Source: a virus (taxonomy: Duplodnaviria; Heunggongvirae; Uroviricota; Caudoviricetes). Taken from it: 64,000 nucleotides of DNA. The stretch lies in IMG/VR virus record IMGVR_UViG_3300021256_002164, positions 1 through 64,000 of that record; one strand, written 5' to 3'. The notes beneath the pieces were generated by a model, which saw only the letters and a program-made list of their open reading frames with translations, was not told the origin of the DNA and did not search any database. Below are positions 8,741 to 19,762 of this stretch, one piece after another. The translations under genes were made by a program, and so were the position numbers. The number at the start of each line of letters is the position of its first letter. Within the stretch, counting starts at the first letter, position 1.

Positions 8741-10255
8741 TTATTCACCTATACCAGTTGCACCAGAAATAAGTACCCAACTAATTGATTCTTTATCTAA
8801 TTTTTGTTCATATAAATTAGAAATATCTTCTGCAATTGTACTTATTCCTGATTGTGTTGTTCTAATATCTTCTCCAGTTAATACTAATGCACCTGTTGTA
8901 CCAATAATATTAGATAATCTATTAATAATATTGCTTAATGATGTTTGTACATTAGTAATATCTGTTTTATTTTGTTCAATTTGCGCTAAGTTAGCATTAT
9001 CAATTTGGTCTGCAAGTCCAGCTAATGTTCCAGATAAATTATTAGTTATTTGTAAAATTTGCTCTTCTGTTAAATATTGGGACATTTTAAATGCTTGACG
9101 ACCAAGTTTTTCCCAATGATAATCAGCAGCTAATGGTTGAGGAGGAACTTGGTTATCATATTTACCTGCATTACGATTAATATAGATATACTCAGTATAC
9201 ATATCTCTAGATGTTGATATATCTTCAACATCAGTTCCTGCTTCTATTTCATCACTATCAGATGGAACTAAATAAATAGTTGTTTTACTAATATCATTAA
9301 CTGCAATATCAGGTTCTCCATTATTATTTGCAGATACAACTTGAATATCAAATTTAGGTATAATATCGATACTTGCAGCTAATTGTTGAGTTGTATTATT
9401 TAATGTATTAATAACATTAACTACACTACCAGTAATTCCAGTTCCCCAAGTAACTGATGATAATCCAGTAGCACCCATCAATTCAACTAGTGCACTAAAG
9501 TCATGTTGAGATGCTTTTAATAATATTTGTTCATCTAAACGTTGAATTGCAGTTTTAACAGTACCTAAATCTAAATCTTCAATTAATGAATTAACACCTG
9601 TTAAGGTCATATAATTATTTTCTGTTAAATAACCTTGAACTCCTGTTAAAGTTGTATAATTATTATTTGACAAATAACCTTGAACACCAGTTAATGTCAT
9701 ATAATTATTTTCAGTTAAATAGTTTTCAATATTATCATTAAGAACATTATCTAAATGTTGATTAACGATTTCTACTATTGCATCAGACATTGAACCAGTA
9801 CTACCAGTAGGACTTAACAATGTAATTTCTTGTTCTATCATATTTAATCTAGATAGAACAGAAGAAGCACCATCAGCTAATTCTGTAGCGCCAATTAATG
9901 TTTGTAAATTACTAATACCTGTAGCAGCACCTGCAATATTTTGTGTATTTTGTTGTACTAATGCAGCTAAATTTTGCAAAGGAGGTTCTAAACCATTAAG
10001 TTCATCTTCAATTGCTGATAATCTTGTTGTTATACCAGTCCAATCTTCTCCGCTAACTCCATAATATATACCTCTTGCATATATTTTATTAATGAGAGAT
10101 AAGAATATAATGACACCAGCTTCATTAGCTATTGAACGATAGCTTGAACCGTCTTCTGTTAATGAAGTAAATGTTACACTAAATGTAGGATCAGAGATTT
10201 CAACAAAGATTTTATTTTGAATTAAACTCCTAAATTGTTCTGTACTCATTGACAT
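8741..10255 (-). CDS. tail fibre protein with 3× tandem 14-aa repeat
   Basis: YLTENNYMTLTGVQGYLSNNNYTTLTGVQGYLTENNYMTLTGV; fibre-like composition. Confidence 0.55.
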   Translation of the reverse strand: MSMSTEQFRSLIQNKIFVEISDPTFSVTFTSLTEDGSSYRSIANEAGVIIFLSLINKIYARGIYYGVSGEDWTGITTRLSAIEDELNGLEPPLQNLAALVQQNTQNIAGAATGISNLQTLIGATELADGASSVLSRLNMIEQEITLLSPTGSTGSMSDAIVEIVNQHLDNVLNDNIENYLTENNYMTLTGVQGYLSNNNYTTLTGVQGYLTENNYMTLTGVNSLIEDLDLGTVKTAIQRLDEQILLKASQHDFSALVELMGATGLSSVTWGTGITGSVVNVINTLNNTTQQLAASIDIIPKFDIQVVSANNNGEPDIAVNDISKTTIYLVPSDSDEIEAGTDVEDISTSRDMYTEYIYINRNAGKYDNQVPPQPLAADYHWEKLGRQAFKMSQYLTEEQILQITNNLSGTLAGLADQIDNANLAQIEQNKTDITNVQTSLSNIINRLSNIIGTTGALVLTGEDIRTTQSGISTIAEDISNLYEQKLDKESISWVLISGATGIGE

Positions 10256-10326
10256 ATATTAATATGAAAATATAAATTTATATTTATTAAAAATAATATT
10301 ATTGTAATCTTTAAATTATAGTTTAT

Positions 10327-11505
10327 TTATTCAACAGTTACCCAATACTCATTCGTTTCTTTATCAATAATAGATATAACATTATCTGCAGAAATACAAA
10401 TACCAGTACCAGCAGTATAAATATTTCCATTAGTTATTTTATTAATCCAGTCTTCTTGTGTTCCTGTATATCCAAATTCTTGGGCAATTTCAAATGCTGA
10501 TTTTCCTGATACACCAGTAGCACCTTGAATACCTTGTTCACCATTTAATGATACTAACCAGTCAGTTTCATTATCAATTTGACCACCGAAATCTTTATAT
10601 ATTTCAAATGCAGATTTTCCTGATATACCAGTTGCACCTTGTAATGTATTTAGCCATTCTGTAGTAGTTCCAGTAAATCCTGCTTCAATAGCTACTTCAT
10701 ATGCTGATTTACCTTCAGGTCCTTGTAATGTTCCTGCAGGTTTCCATTTATCATCTATAGAAGTATATTCATCATTATATACATAGAATTTTCCACCTAC
10801 ATTATATGCATCACCTAAAGAATTAATAGTATCAATAGTTGCTTCTTTTAATTCTTCAAGAGTATCATAATATCCAATAATATTAATTGATGCACCAGGA
10901 TCACCTTTCTCGCCTTGGTCACCTTTATCACCTTTAAGAGATTCTAGCCATTCTCTTTCTGTTCTAGTAAATCCATAATCTTGTGCAATTTGAAATGCAG
11001 ATTTTCCGTCAAGTCCATTAGTACCTTTTAATGATTCTAACCATTCAGGTTTTTCCATATAAGGATATCCTTGAGATTGTTGGTATTCAACATATACATC
11101 ATATGGAGTTTTTGCATAAGTTAAAAATTGGTTTTGTACCCATGAAATAGTTGCTAAATCATCATAACCACGTAATTGAGAAATACGAGTAGGAATTTCT
11201 GATTTATCAGCTTTATTTTGTAATTGACTATATATTAATTCTATTTGTGATAATAATTCTCCTGTAGAATTAATATAAGTATCTAATTGTGGTAAATATG
11301 CATTATTCCAGTCAATATCAACAGCATTAATAAAAGATGTATTTATATTTTCATCTATACTTAATTGTTTTGTAACAATATCATATTTATGATTACGTGT
11401 AACTAAATCAGATTTAGTTCTTTTAGTTATAAATCCATCAATAGTTTCATCAGTATTAACGGTAAACTGGATATTATTTAAAATTAAATTGTAATTATCT
11501 GCCAT
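10327..11505 (-). CDS. tail fibre protein with phage-tail-fibre repeats (Phage_fiber_2-like)
   Basis: Repeats GKSAFEIAQ.(F/Y)G(F/Y)TGT..EWL.SLKG…G.QG match the known 'phage tail fibre repeat' consensus (G.SAYE.A...GF.GTE.EWL.SLKG). Confidence 0.7.
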   Translation of the reverse strand: MADNYNLILNNIQFTVNTDETIDGFITKRTKSDLVTRNHKYDIVTKQLSIDENINTSFINAVDIDWNNAYLPQLDTYINSTGELLSQIELIYSQLQNKADKSEIPTRISQLRGYDDLATISWVQNQFLTYAKTPYDVYVEYQQSQGYPYMEKPEWLESLKGTNGLDGKSAFQIAQDYGFTRTEREWLESLKGDKGDQGEKGDPGASINIIGYYDTLEELKEATIDTINSLGDAYNVGGKFYVYNDEYTSIDDKWKPAGTLQGPEGKSAYEVAIEAGFTGTTTEWLNTLQGATGISGKSAFEIYKDFGGQIDNETDWLVSLNGEQGIQGATGVSGKSAFEIAQEFGYTGTQEDWINKITNGNIYTAGTGICISADNVISIIDKETNEYWVTVE

Positions 11506-11531
11506 ATTTATTTAAATATTATTTACATATT

Positions 11532-13304
11532 TTAATAATTAAGTACTATCGCACTATTAATTGTTTCACTACTAATATAAATAATCATGTACTCAATATT
11601 TTTAATTAGTTGTGTAGGAACATTTGTAGATTTAGTTTCTAATACTATATTTGGTTCTATAACACCATCAATATTTATTGGGAAATTTCCTACAGTAACT
11701 GGTTTACTATTAATTATTATATTATTATTATCAATAGTTATATATTGACTAGGTATAATCATATATAATCCACTATCTATATCAATATTTTCAAATTTAT
11801 TATTAAGAATATTAAATACATTATATTGCGTATTTTGAACCATTGGACATTGACCAATTAGTTTACTATTAGCAATAAAGTCTATACAATTATCAGTAAA
11901 TTGATTATTCTCAATAATCTTATTTATATTTGAACCATCAGTAAACCATAAGTAATTATAATATTCAGGTTTAACTACATTAAATGTTAATCTTGCCGAA
12001 GTATTATCTTCATTAACAGCTGTATGATTATTATATGTAACTGTAATTTTTCCTGTAGTAGTTGTATTTCCAGCTGTTACTATATAATTATTTAATGTTC
12101 CACCAGAAATATTAAATACTGCTTTATTAGTTACATTCTCGGGAGCAGAACCATCATTATAATAAACAGTAACAGTTCCTTTATTAATTACAAATTGTTC
12201 TCCTGATATATATCTATCTTTAACTGTAGGAATACTATATCCTGTCCAAACAACTTTATCTATAACATCTACAGGACTTATACCACTATGTCTAATATCT
12301 AATACATCTTCTTCTAATTTATCAATACGACTATCTCCAAGTAATCCATTTTCATTAGTCATAAGTTCATTTTTAATTTTAGTTAGCTCATTACTCATAT
12401 ATTCAGATGATTCAGCAGATTCACCAAATAATGCTTGTATAGAATTAAACATTTCATTAACATAATTATTAAATGTACTAGTAATTTGTAATAATTTTCT
12501 ATCTAATTCTGTTTTAGATATATATTCTGTAGAATCAAATTCATTTATTTTTTGAGTATTATCAGATACTTGTTGTTGAATAATATCAAGACTATTAGAT
12601 AAAAGTGTTACATTATTAGATAATTCAGATAATGCTTCTTCACTTTCTATATCATGTGCTAGTACATCATTTTTTAATTCAGTAATACTATTATTATAAT
12701 TATTAATTTCTTGCTGTAAAATATTATAAGAATCCCTTAAATCATTTTTACTAACATAAGTTTCTTCTAAATTTAATAATCTTGTATTTTGCTCTTCATT
12801 AACTTGAGATAATTGAGAAATAGTATTAGATATATCTTGAATATTATTTGTTAATTCTTGATTTATATTATTTTGCGTTGTTTCAGATTCAGATAAATGA
12901 TCTTGAATATTTTTGATAATATTTTGATAGTTTTCTATTGTTCTATGTATAGGAGCTAAATATGTATTTTTTAGTTGTGTTCTTGTTATCAAATCAGATA
13001 AACCTAACTCTTCTAATTGCTCTCCATATGCAGCAAGAATATTGTTTATTTCTTCAATAGTATCTGCATTTTTTAAATCAGAAATAATATCATCTTTAAT
13101 ATGTTGTGAAAAATATTCTAATAATGATTGTACTGTTTGTTTATAATTTCGTCCAGGTTCTCCATTACCTGGAGCAGGATATGCTAATAATAAATATGAA
13201 TTATTTAATATTTGAGTATCTTCATTACTAATTTCTGTTAAATCTGATATTCTTGAAAGTTGTTCTCTATTTGATTGTATAATTAAATCTTCTGTAGCAG
13301 CCAT
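11532..13304 (-). CDS. tail fibre / fibre-proximal protein with long N-terminal coiled coil
   Basis: ~330 aa of heptad-like Asn/Glu/Leu-rich coiled coil, then a β-rich Asn/Thr-rich C-terminal domain; first gene of the minus-strand fibre block. Confidence 0.5.
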   Translation of the reverse strand: MAATEDLIIQSNREQLSRISDLTEISNEDTQILNNSYLLLAYPAPGNGEPGRNYKQTVQSLLEYFSQHIKDDIISDLKNADTIEEINNILAAYGEQLEELGLSDLITRTQLKNTYLAPIHRTIENYQNIIKNIQDHLSESETTQNNINQELTNNIQDISNTISQLSQVNEEQNTRLLNLEETYVSKNDLRDSYNILQQEINNYNNSITELKNDVLAHDIESEEALSELSNNVTLLSNSLDIIQQQVSDNTQKINEFDSTEYISKTELDRKLLQITSTFNNYVNEMFNSIQALFGESAESSEYMSNELTKIKNELMTNENGLLGDSRIDKLEEDVLDIRHSGISPVDVIDKVVWTGYSIPTVKDRYISGEQFVINKGTVTVYYNDGSAPENVTNKAVFNISGGTLNNYIVTAGNTTTTGKITVTYNNHTAVNEDNTSARLTFNVVKPEYYNYLWFTDGSNINKIIENNQFTDNCIDFIANSKLIGQCPMVQNTQYNVFNILNNKFENIDIDSGLYMIIPSQYITIDNNNIIINSKPVTVGNFPINIDGVIEPNIVLETKSTNVPTQLIKNIEYMIIYISSETINSAIVLNY

Positions 13305-13443
13305 ATTAAATTATATAATATTATACATTTATATTTAATAATAATTTTATATACTATCTTATATTTTAAAATTATCTATTATTATTAGCCTATTTTATAT
13401 ATGAATAATTTTATATGTTTAAATATATTTCTAGTTAAAATGA

Positions 13444-13602
13444 TATGGAAACTAATCAACAATTAACACATAAAGATAAAGTTAAAGTCGTTAAAGAAAA
13501 GTTTAGTAAATTTACTAATTATTTATCTGATGCAAAAAATGTAGAAGAAATATTACCAAACAAAATAGATAATGAACAAGCTACAGAAATAAGTAATGAA
13601 TA
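13444..13602 (+). CDS. small hypothetical ORF (52 aa)
   Basis: ATG…TAA open frame (METNQQLTHKDK…); below the ORF-track length cutoff; speculative. Confidence 0.2.
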
Positions 13603-13623
13603 AATATATGTTTAATTTTTATA

Positions 13624-13899
13624 ATGGAATCTTTATTATGCGATAGAATTAAAATGTTAAAAGTAATTGATAATATTGAAGATGAGCTTCGATATATTAA
13701 AAATGAATTGAAAAAAGTATCTATTTTAGAAGAAGTTACTAATGTTAATGATGTAACTCAAGATACTAAGCATCCAGAGAAAGAAGAAATTATTCTAAAT
13801 AAAAAAGAAAAAGTTAAAGCTAATAAATTTGATTCAACTTTAGATACTGGATATACAGATTATTATGATATGAATAGTAGACCAGAATTTCACATTTAA
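13624..13899 (+). CDS. hypothetical protein
   Basis: 91-aa ORF upstream of the polymerase; no motifs. Confidence 0.35.
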   Translation: MESLLCDRIKMLKVIDNIEDELRYIKNELKKVSILEEVTNVNDVTQDTKHPEKEEIILNKKEKVKANKFDSTLDTGYTDYYDMNSRPEFHI

Positions 13900-13988
13900 T
13901 TTTATAAATATTTAACAGTTTAATTAGTAATAAAATCTCTTGATGAGATATGTTATATATAGTAATAACATTTAAGAATTTTTAGATT

Positions 13989-16328
13989 ATGATATTAGAT
14001 AGAACATGGAGTAAAAAAGAACAAAAATTAACAGTTTCTTATATTGATAAATTAGGTAATAGACAATTTTATCAAAAGTATTTACATCATATTAAAAGCT
14101 ATGAGTATAATCCTAATGGCGATTTAGAAACTTGGGATGAAAAGAAATGTAGTAAAATTTTTAAAGATACCACAGATTATACGCCAAATGAATTTGAAAT
14201 ATTAGAGTATTTATATGAATTGCCCGAAGATTTAAATAAGGCTATGCATGCTCAATATTTTCCAAAGGTATATTCATTTGATATTGAAACTGAAGTTAGT
14301 GATGAATTTCCTGATCCTGAAATTGCTGCTCAAAAAGTAACTGCGATATCATTAGTTGGTCCTGATTTATCATGTATTGTATATGGACTTCACCAATTGA
14401 ATGAAGCACAAATTGAATTATTTAGAAAGAGATATATAGATTGGCTTCATGCTAATGAATTTGCAACAGCATTAATTAATAAGAATAATTGGAAGCCTAA
14501 AGTATTATATCAATATTTTCCTACTGAAGAAGAAATGCTTGAGCATTTTTTCACAGTGATTATTCCAAAAATCAGTTGTTTATCTGGATGGAATAGTTAC
14601 GGATTCGATATGTTATATTTGACTCATCGAATTGAAAGATTATTTGGTAAGAAGATTGCTATGAATATGATTTATAAAGCATCTCCAACAGGTGAAATTA
14701 AAAAGTATTCATGGGAAGATATGAATGGTGATAAGAAATTTTTCTGGGGTCCTGCTCATTCAGTTATTATTGACTATATGCTGGTAGTAAAACAATATGA
14801 TTATACATTAAGACCTTATGAAAGCTATTCATTGGATTGGGTAGGAAGTCATGCTGTCAATGCTCATAAAATTAAATATGAAGGAACATTGCAGCAATTA
14901 TATGAAAGAGATCCTGAATGGTATTATTTCTATAATGCTGTTGATAGTTTGATTACTGAATTAATTCATTATAAGCTTAAGTCTCTTGAATCGCCTTGTG
15001 CAACATCAGCAGTAACATTAGTATCATTATTAAGTGCATTTGGACAAGTTGCATTAGGAACAGCAAATGTATTTGAAGAATTTTATGAGCAAAATAAGAA
15101 AGTAGTATGGGATTATGATGCTATTGAACGTACAAAAATTCCATATGAAGGTGCATTTTGTGGATGTGTTCCTGGTCGTTATGAATTTACAGTTTGTGAT
15201 GATTTTGCTTCACTTTATCCGTCTCAAGTTCGTACATGTAATATATCATTTGAAAATCTTATCCAAGCTAAAGATGGACCAGATAGTTTTGGAAGATATA
15301 TACCAAGAAATTGGACTCCTGAAGAACTAGAAGAATTCAAGAAAGACCCAAACTATTTTGTTACTGTTATGGGTAATGTATATAAGAATGATAAAGACTA
15401 TGCATTCAGACGTATTCAAGCAAAGTTAAAGAGAAATAGAGATAAATATAAATATACAGGACAACGTGTAGAATCAGAAGCATTAGTATATATTGATGAT
15501 ATACTTTCAGGAAAACAATCAAATATTGTATTTGATGATGATGTAAATAAGCTCTTAACTGAAAAGTTTGCATTCTTAGGTGAAAATCCTCAACAATATA
15601 TTAAGAATATGTCTAAGCAAGAATTAGAATTATTTAGAGTTGATGTTGAAGATTTACGACATGAACATTGGCTTCTTGAGAATGCTATGAAAACATCAGG
15701 TAATGGATTATATGGCTGTTGTGCAAATAGATTTTTCTATTTCTATAATATGGCTTTAGCAGGTGATATTACTGGTGAGTGCCGTAATCTTACAAAGACA
15801 ATGTGGAATAATCTTGAATATTTCTTCCATGAAACTTTATGGGAAAGAAAAGACTTATGGAAAGAATTTGACTTTGAACTTGATGAAAGTATGCATGATT
15901 GGTATAGAGAACAACCTATCTCTATATATTCCGATACTGATAGCTTGGCAAAAAAATCATTATTATTAATTAAAGATACTAAAAATATTAAAAATAAAAT
16001 AACTATTGAAGATTTATTTAATCAATCTTTAGATAAAAATGGTTTATCAGATATAACACAGAATAATCAAGAAATAGTTAAGTGTGATCAACAATGTTTA
16101 AATTGGACTAAGGAAAATGGATTACAATATGTACCTATTAAATATATTATGAGACATAAAGTATCTAAAGAACAATTTAAAATTAAAACAAAATCGGGTA
16201 AAGAAATTATAGTTACAGGAGATCATTCTTGTATAGTTTTTAGAAATGGAAAACAATTAACTATTAAAGCTAGAGATATAAATAAATCTACTGATAAGAT
16301 TTTATCAATAATTAATAATGAAGAATAA
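13989..16328 (+). CDS. family-B DNA polymerase, N-terminal cistron (exonuclease plus motifs A, B, C) ending in an N-terminal split-intein fragment
   Basis: Exo I FDIETE, Exo II YGFDMLYL, Exo III YYFYNAVD. Motif A DFASLYPS, motif B KTSGNGLYG, motif C YSDTD|S. After DTD comes a ~128-aa Hint N-terminal half (SLAKK…TGDHSCIVF = intein block B), then stop. Confidence 0.85.
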   Translation: MILDRTWSKKEQKLTVSYIDKLGNRQFYQKYLHHIKSYEYNPNGDLETWDEKKCSKIFKDTTDYTPNEFEILEYLYELPEDLNKAMHAQYFPKVYSFDIETEVSDEFPDPEIAAQKVTAISLVGPDLSCIVYGLHQLNEAQIELFRKRYIDWLHANEFATALINKNNWKPKVLYQYFPTEEEMLEHFFTVIIPKISCLSGWNSYGFDMLYLTHRIERLFGKKIAMNMIYKASPTGEIKKYSWEDMNGDKKFFWGPAHSVIIDYMLVVKQYDYTLRPYESYSLDWVGSHAVNAHKIKYEGTLQQLYERDPEWYYFYNAVDSLITELIHYKLKSLESPCATSAVTLVSLLSAFGQVALGTANVFEEFYEQNKKVVWDYDAIERTKIPYEGAFCGCVPGRYEFTVCDDFASLYPSQVRTCNISFENLIQAKDGPDSFGRYIPRNWTPEELEEFKKDPNYFVTVMGNVYKNDKDYAFRRIQAKLKRNRDKYKYTGQRVESEALVYIDDILSGKQSNIVFDDDVNKLLTEKFAFLGENPQQYIKNMSKQELELFRVDVEDLRHEHWLLENAMKTSGNGLYGCCANRFFYFYNMALAGDITGECRNLTKTMWNNLEYFFHETLWERKDLWKEFDFELDESMHDWYREQPISIYSDTDSLAKKSLLLIKDTKNIKNKITIEDLFNQSLDKNGLSDITQNNQEIVKCDQQCLNWTKENGLQYVPIKYIMRHKVSKEQFKIKTKSGKEIIVTGDHSCIVFRNGKQLTIKARDINKSTDKILSIINNEE
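15942..16325 (+). mobile_element. N-terminal intein fragment (IntN-like, ~128 aa) inserted at PolB motif C
   Basis: Begins with Ser directly after YSDTD; contains the block-B-like VTGDHSCIV; terminates at a stop codon with no endonuclease domain in frame. Confidence 0.65.
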
Positions 16329-17565
16329 CGAATTTTATCATACTAGTATAGACATTAAAGAATATCCCTTTGATATAATATCTTTAGAAGAAGTTAATCA
16401 AGAACTAATACAATTAGTTAAAAAATTTAATTCTTCTAAAGATATTAATGAGAAAAAAGAATTATCTAAACAAATACCTATTGAATTTCCTAAATGTCGA
16501 TTTTGCGGAAATATTATTATAAATTCAAATTTTTTAATAAATTTAAAACAAAAAAATAAAACAATACAATTAATATTACCATCAGTTTATTACCGTGAAA
16601 TAGATGGAAAAAAATATTATTTAAGTTGTTGTGAAAATTGTTTATTAGAACATTTTAAAGATAATCCGCCTAAAGCACCTAAATATTATTTTATGAAAGC
16701 AAATATTTATGGTCAATATTGTTTTGGATATTCTGATGAAGAATATAAAAAAATATGTTCAATGACAGTTGGTGTAACATATAATTCAATGATTAATAAA
16801 TGGGGTAAAGAATTAGGAGAGAAAAAATGGAAAGAATATCGTGATAAACATTCAAAAATAGCGTCTAAACAATATTTTATTGATAAATATGGTAAAGAAG
16901 AAGGATTAAAAATCTATCATGATTCGAGAGCAATAACTAAAAAGGGAATGATAAAGAAATATGGTAAAGAACTTGGTTTAGAAAAATGGAAAGAATATTG
17001 TGATAAACAAAAAATAACTAAATCATTTGATTATATGATTAATAAATTTGGATATGATAAAGCAATTCAAATTAATAAATCTAAAGCATTAACATTAGAT
17101 AATTTTATTAGAAAATATGGAGAAGAATTAGGCAATAAAAAATATATAGAATTTACAAAAAGGCATATTAATTTTTATTCTAATATTTCTCAAAAATTAT
17201 TTAATGAATTAGATAAATATTTATCAGAAAAATATACAACATATTATGCAACTAAAAATTATGAATATCCTATTAAATTATTAGATAAATATGTTTGTTT
17301 AGATTATTATATTAAAGAATTAAATATATGTATTGAATTTAATGGAAGTATATTTCATGGAGAACCTCGATTATATAAAGATAATGATAAATGTAATCCA
17401 TTTATTAATTTAACTGCTAAAGAAATTAGAGATAATGATCAAAAAAGATATAATTTACTAAAAGAATTATATAATATTAATACATATATTATTTGGGAAT
17501 TAGATTATAATAAAAATTTTAATATACAAGACTATATTATAAAAGTATTAAAAATTAATATATAA
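16318..17565 (+). mobile_element. free-standing homing-endonuclease-like gene inside the fractured polymerase
   Basis: Separate frame, overlaps the upstream stop by 11 nt. N-terminal Cys4 zinc ribbon (CRFCGN…CCENC). Four ~30-aa repeats (KYGKELGLEKWKEYCDKQ…). C-terminal Vsr/PD-(D/E)xK-like nuclease core LDYYIKELNICIEFNGSIFHGEP. Confidence 0.6.
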
Positions 17566-17570
17566 TAATT

Positions 17571-18539
17571 ATGTTAGAATATCAATTTGAAGAAATAGAA
17601 AGTATTGAACAACTAGACAATTTTAATGATGAATATGTTTATGATATAGAAGTAGATGATAATTCTCATACTTTTATAGCAAATGATATATTAGTTCATA
17701 ATTCGGTTTATACAACTTATGGTACATTATTCCGTTGTATGACACCAAAATATCAAGAAAAGTATAAAGATAAGAAAACAAAAGTAGATTGGATATTGAA
17801 TTTTAATAAGAAATTTGTAGATAAGCAAAATAACCAATGGTGTGAAGAAATGTATAATCCTCGTCATGGCAAGAATGTTCATGAGTTTGAATTAGAGACT
17901 GTTTCATATTCACAAATTTGCTTAAAGAAAAAGAAATATCTTAAAGGTTATGCGTTTGTTAAAGGTAAGTTTTACGATAAGCCAAAAGTAAGTGGAACAG
18001 GTATTGAACTTATTAAATCAACTACACCAGCATTATGTAGAGAGATTCTTTCAGACTTAATGAATAGTCTTATGTTTGAATATGATGAAGACCATAAGAA
18101 AGAATATATTCTTGAGTTTAATATGAAATTAGCTAATTATAGGAAACAATTCTATTCTGCTCCATTTGAAGATATATCTCAATCTATAGGTGTTGGTAAT
18201 TATAAAAAGTATGTTATTGATGACGAAGATGATTTACTATTAGGAAAACAATGTCCAGTATCAGTTCAAGCTATAGCACGATATAATTATTTAGCACATA
18301 AGAATGGACAAGATAATCTTAAGCAATATTCAGGTAAGATTAAATATTATAATGTTAAGATAGGTAATACAGATGGATATTTTGGTTTTCCTGCTGGCGA
18401 GCTTCCTGAATGGGCACCACCTATGAATAAAGAAATGCAATGGAGAAAAACAATTATAGACCCAATTAATCGTTTCTTGGAAGTTATGGAGATTCCATTG
18501 GTAAATGCTGGAACAGCTCAGCAATTAACATTATTTTAA
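17571..18539 (+). CDS. family-B DNA polymerase, C-terminal cistron beginning with a C-terminal split-intein fragment
   Basis: First 44 aa MLEYQ…VYDIEVDDNSHTFIANDILVHN are intein blocks F/G ending HN, then S+VYTTYG restores the motif-C context (YSDTD-SVY). Downstream KKKY (KKRY motif) and a thumb region. Confidence 0.85.
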   Translation: MLEYQFEEIESIEQLDNFNDEYVYDIEVDDNSHTFIANDILVHNSVYTTYGTLFRCMTPKYQEKYKDKKTKVDWILNFNKKFVDKQNNQWCEEMYNPRHGKNVHEFELETVSYSQICLKKKKYLKGYAFVKGKFYDKPKVSGTGIELIKSTTPALCREILSDLMNSLMFEYDEDHKKEYILEFNMKLANYRKQFYSAPFEDISQSIGVGNYKKYVIDDEDDLLLGKQCPVSVQAIARYNYLAHKNGQDNLKQYSGKIKYYNVKIGNTDGYFGFPAGELPEWAPPMNKEMQWRKTIIDPINRFLEVMEIPLVNAGTAQQLTLF

Positions 18540-18595
18540 ATTATTATTAAATACATGGTAACTTTGTTATAAATATTATATATATGGAAGCATAA

Positions 18596-18856
18596 TTGAT
18601 AATAAATATATTCAAATTACCAGTTATGAGCATAATTTTATTTCTATGTTTTATAGGTTTATTGTATGCTTTATATAAAATTACGAAAAATATAGATAAA
18701 GAAATACATGATAATTATATAAAGATACAAGACCAAATAAAACAATTAAATGATGAGTATGTAAATGGTAAATATGATTTTGAAACGTATAAAGAAAAAA
18801 AGAACGCATTATTTAAATCATATCATATACCTCTTAATTATAAAGAAGACCTTTAA
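18596..18856 (+). CDS. small membrane protein
   Basis: N-terminal TM helix (LPVMSIILFLCFIGLLYALY); followed by a terminator. Confidence 0.45.
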   Translation: MIINIFKLPVMSIILFLCFIGLLYALYKITKNIDKEIHDNYIKIQDQIKQLNDEYVNGKYDFETYKEKKNALFKSYHIPLNYKEDL

Positions 18857-18870
18857 AGGTCTTCTTTTTT
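18843..18870 (+). terminator. Rho-independent terminator
   Basis: aagaagaccttt-aaa-ggtcttctt hairpin followed by TTTTTT. Confidence 0.75.
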
Positions 18871-18939
18871 GATATAAATATATGAATAATTTATTAGTAT
18901 AGACTATATTTAATATATAATTTAAATAATATTAATGAT

Positions 18940-19647
18940 ATGATAGATTGGAGTAAATATTTTGACCATATTTTTTGTATTCACTATTTAGCTAATGACC
19001 GAATTAATAGACATCATCAATTAATTAATGAATTATCCAGAGTTGGAATATATCAATCTGGAATTTTTTCATTTATATATGATGAAGATTCGGTAATTAC
19101 TAATGATATAATGGAAAATGCAAGAAATAAATATTTTATTGGATTAGATAAATATGGGAAACGAGTAACAATAAATCATTATAAAGCATTTAATATTGCA
19201 AAGATATGTGGATATAAGAATATATTAGTGCTTGAAGATGATGTATGTTTTTTGAAAGACTTAGATGAATTAGAAAAATATATTCAAGAAACAAGTGTAT
19301 TGAATACTGATTTAATTATGTATGATTATATTACTTATAAGAATATATATACAAATACTGAATTAAATTGCTTTGCTACTTGTTATCAATTAAAGAATGA
19401 CGGTATTGATAAGATGATTAAGAATCTTGAACATATTCATATGTATATTATTGACTTATATTTTTCTACTACTAATCATTATAATTTCTATGCTAAAGAT
19501 TATGAACAACCGATAGTATATCCTCATGTCTTAAGTATTAGTAAATGTCCTAAACGATTAGCATTACAAAGAAATAACCCAGCATATAAGAATTGTCATA
19601 TAGATATAAATTATGATGAATATGAAAATTTTTTTGATAAAAACTAA
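18940..19647 (+). CDS. glycosyltransferase family 25-like protein (LPS/LOS-type)
   Basis: MIDWSKYFDHIF… and ILVLEDDVCFLKD (LEDD motif), as in GT25 enzymes; paralog of 36963..37646. Confidence 0.55.
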   Translation: MIDWSKYFDHIFCIHYLANDRINRHHQLINELSRVGIYQSGIFSFIYDEDSVITNDIMENARNKYFIGLDKYGKRVTINHYKAFNIAKICGYKNILVLEDDVCFLKDLDELEKYIQETSVLNTDLIMYDYITYKNIYTNTELNCFATCYQLKNDGIDKMIKNLEHIHMYIIDLYFSTTNHYNFYAKDYEQPIVYPHVLSISKCPKRLALQRNNPAYKNCHIDINYDEYENFFDKN

Positions 19648-19762
19648 AAATTTTTGTATATAATTTAAAATTTTTTGAAAAAAAGTATTATATTTATATA
19701 GTAATTTATAGAAATATAGGTTACTGAGCTACTATAAAAATATTAACATAAATAATTAAATT

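Noticed and set aside
16318-17565. Considered that the PolB interruption is a simple +1/−1 frameshift artefact giving one continuous intein-containing ORF
   Set aside because: The middle ORF has its own ATG overlapping the upstream stop in phage style and an N-terminal zinc ribbon. The downstream cistron starts with Met directly at the IntC segment. Two compensating shifts would be needed. The split-gene interpretation is favoured, though resequencing is still recommended.
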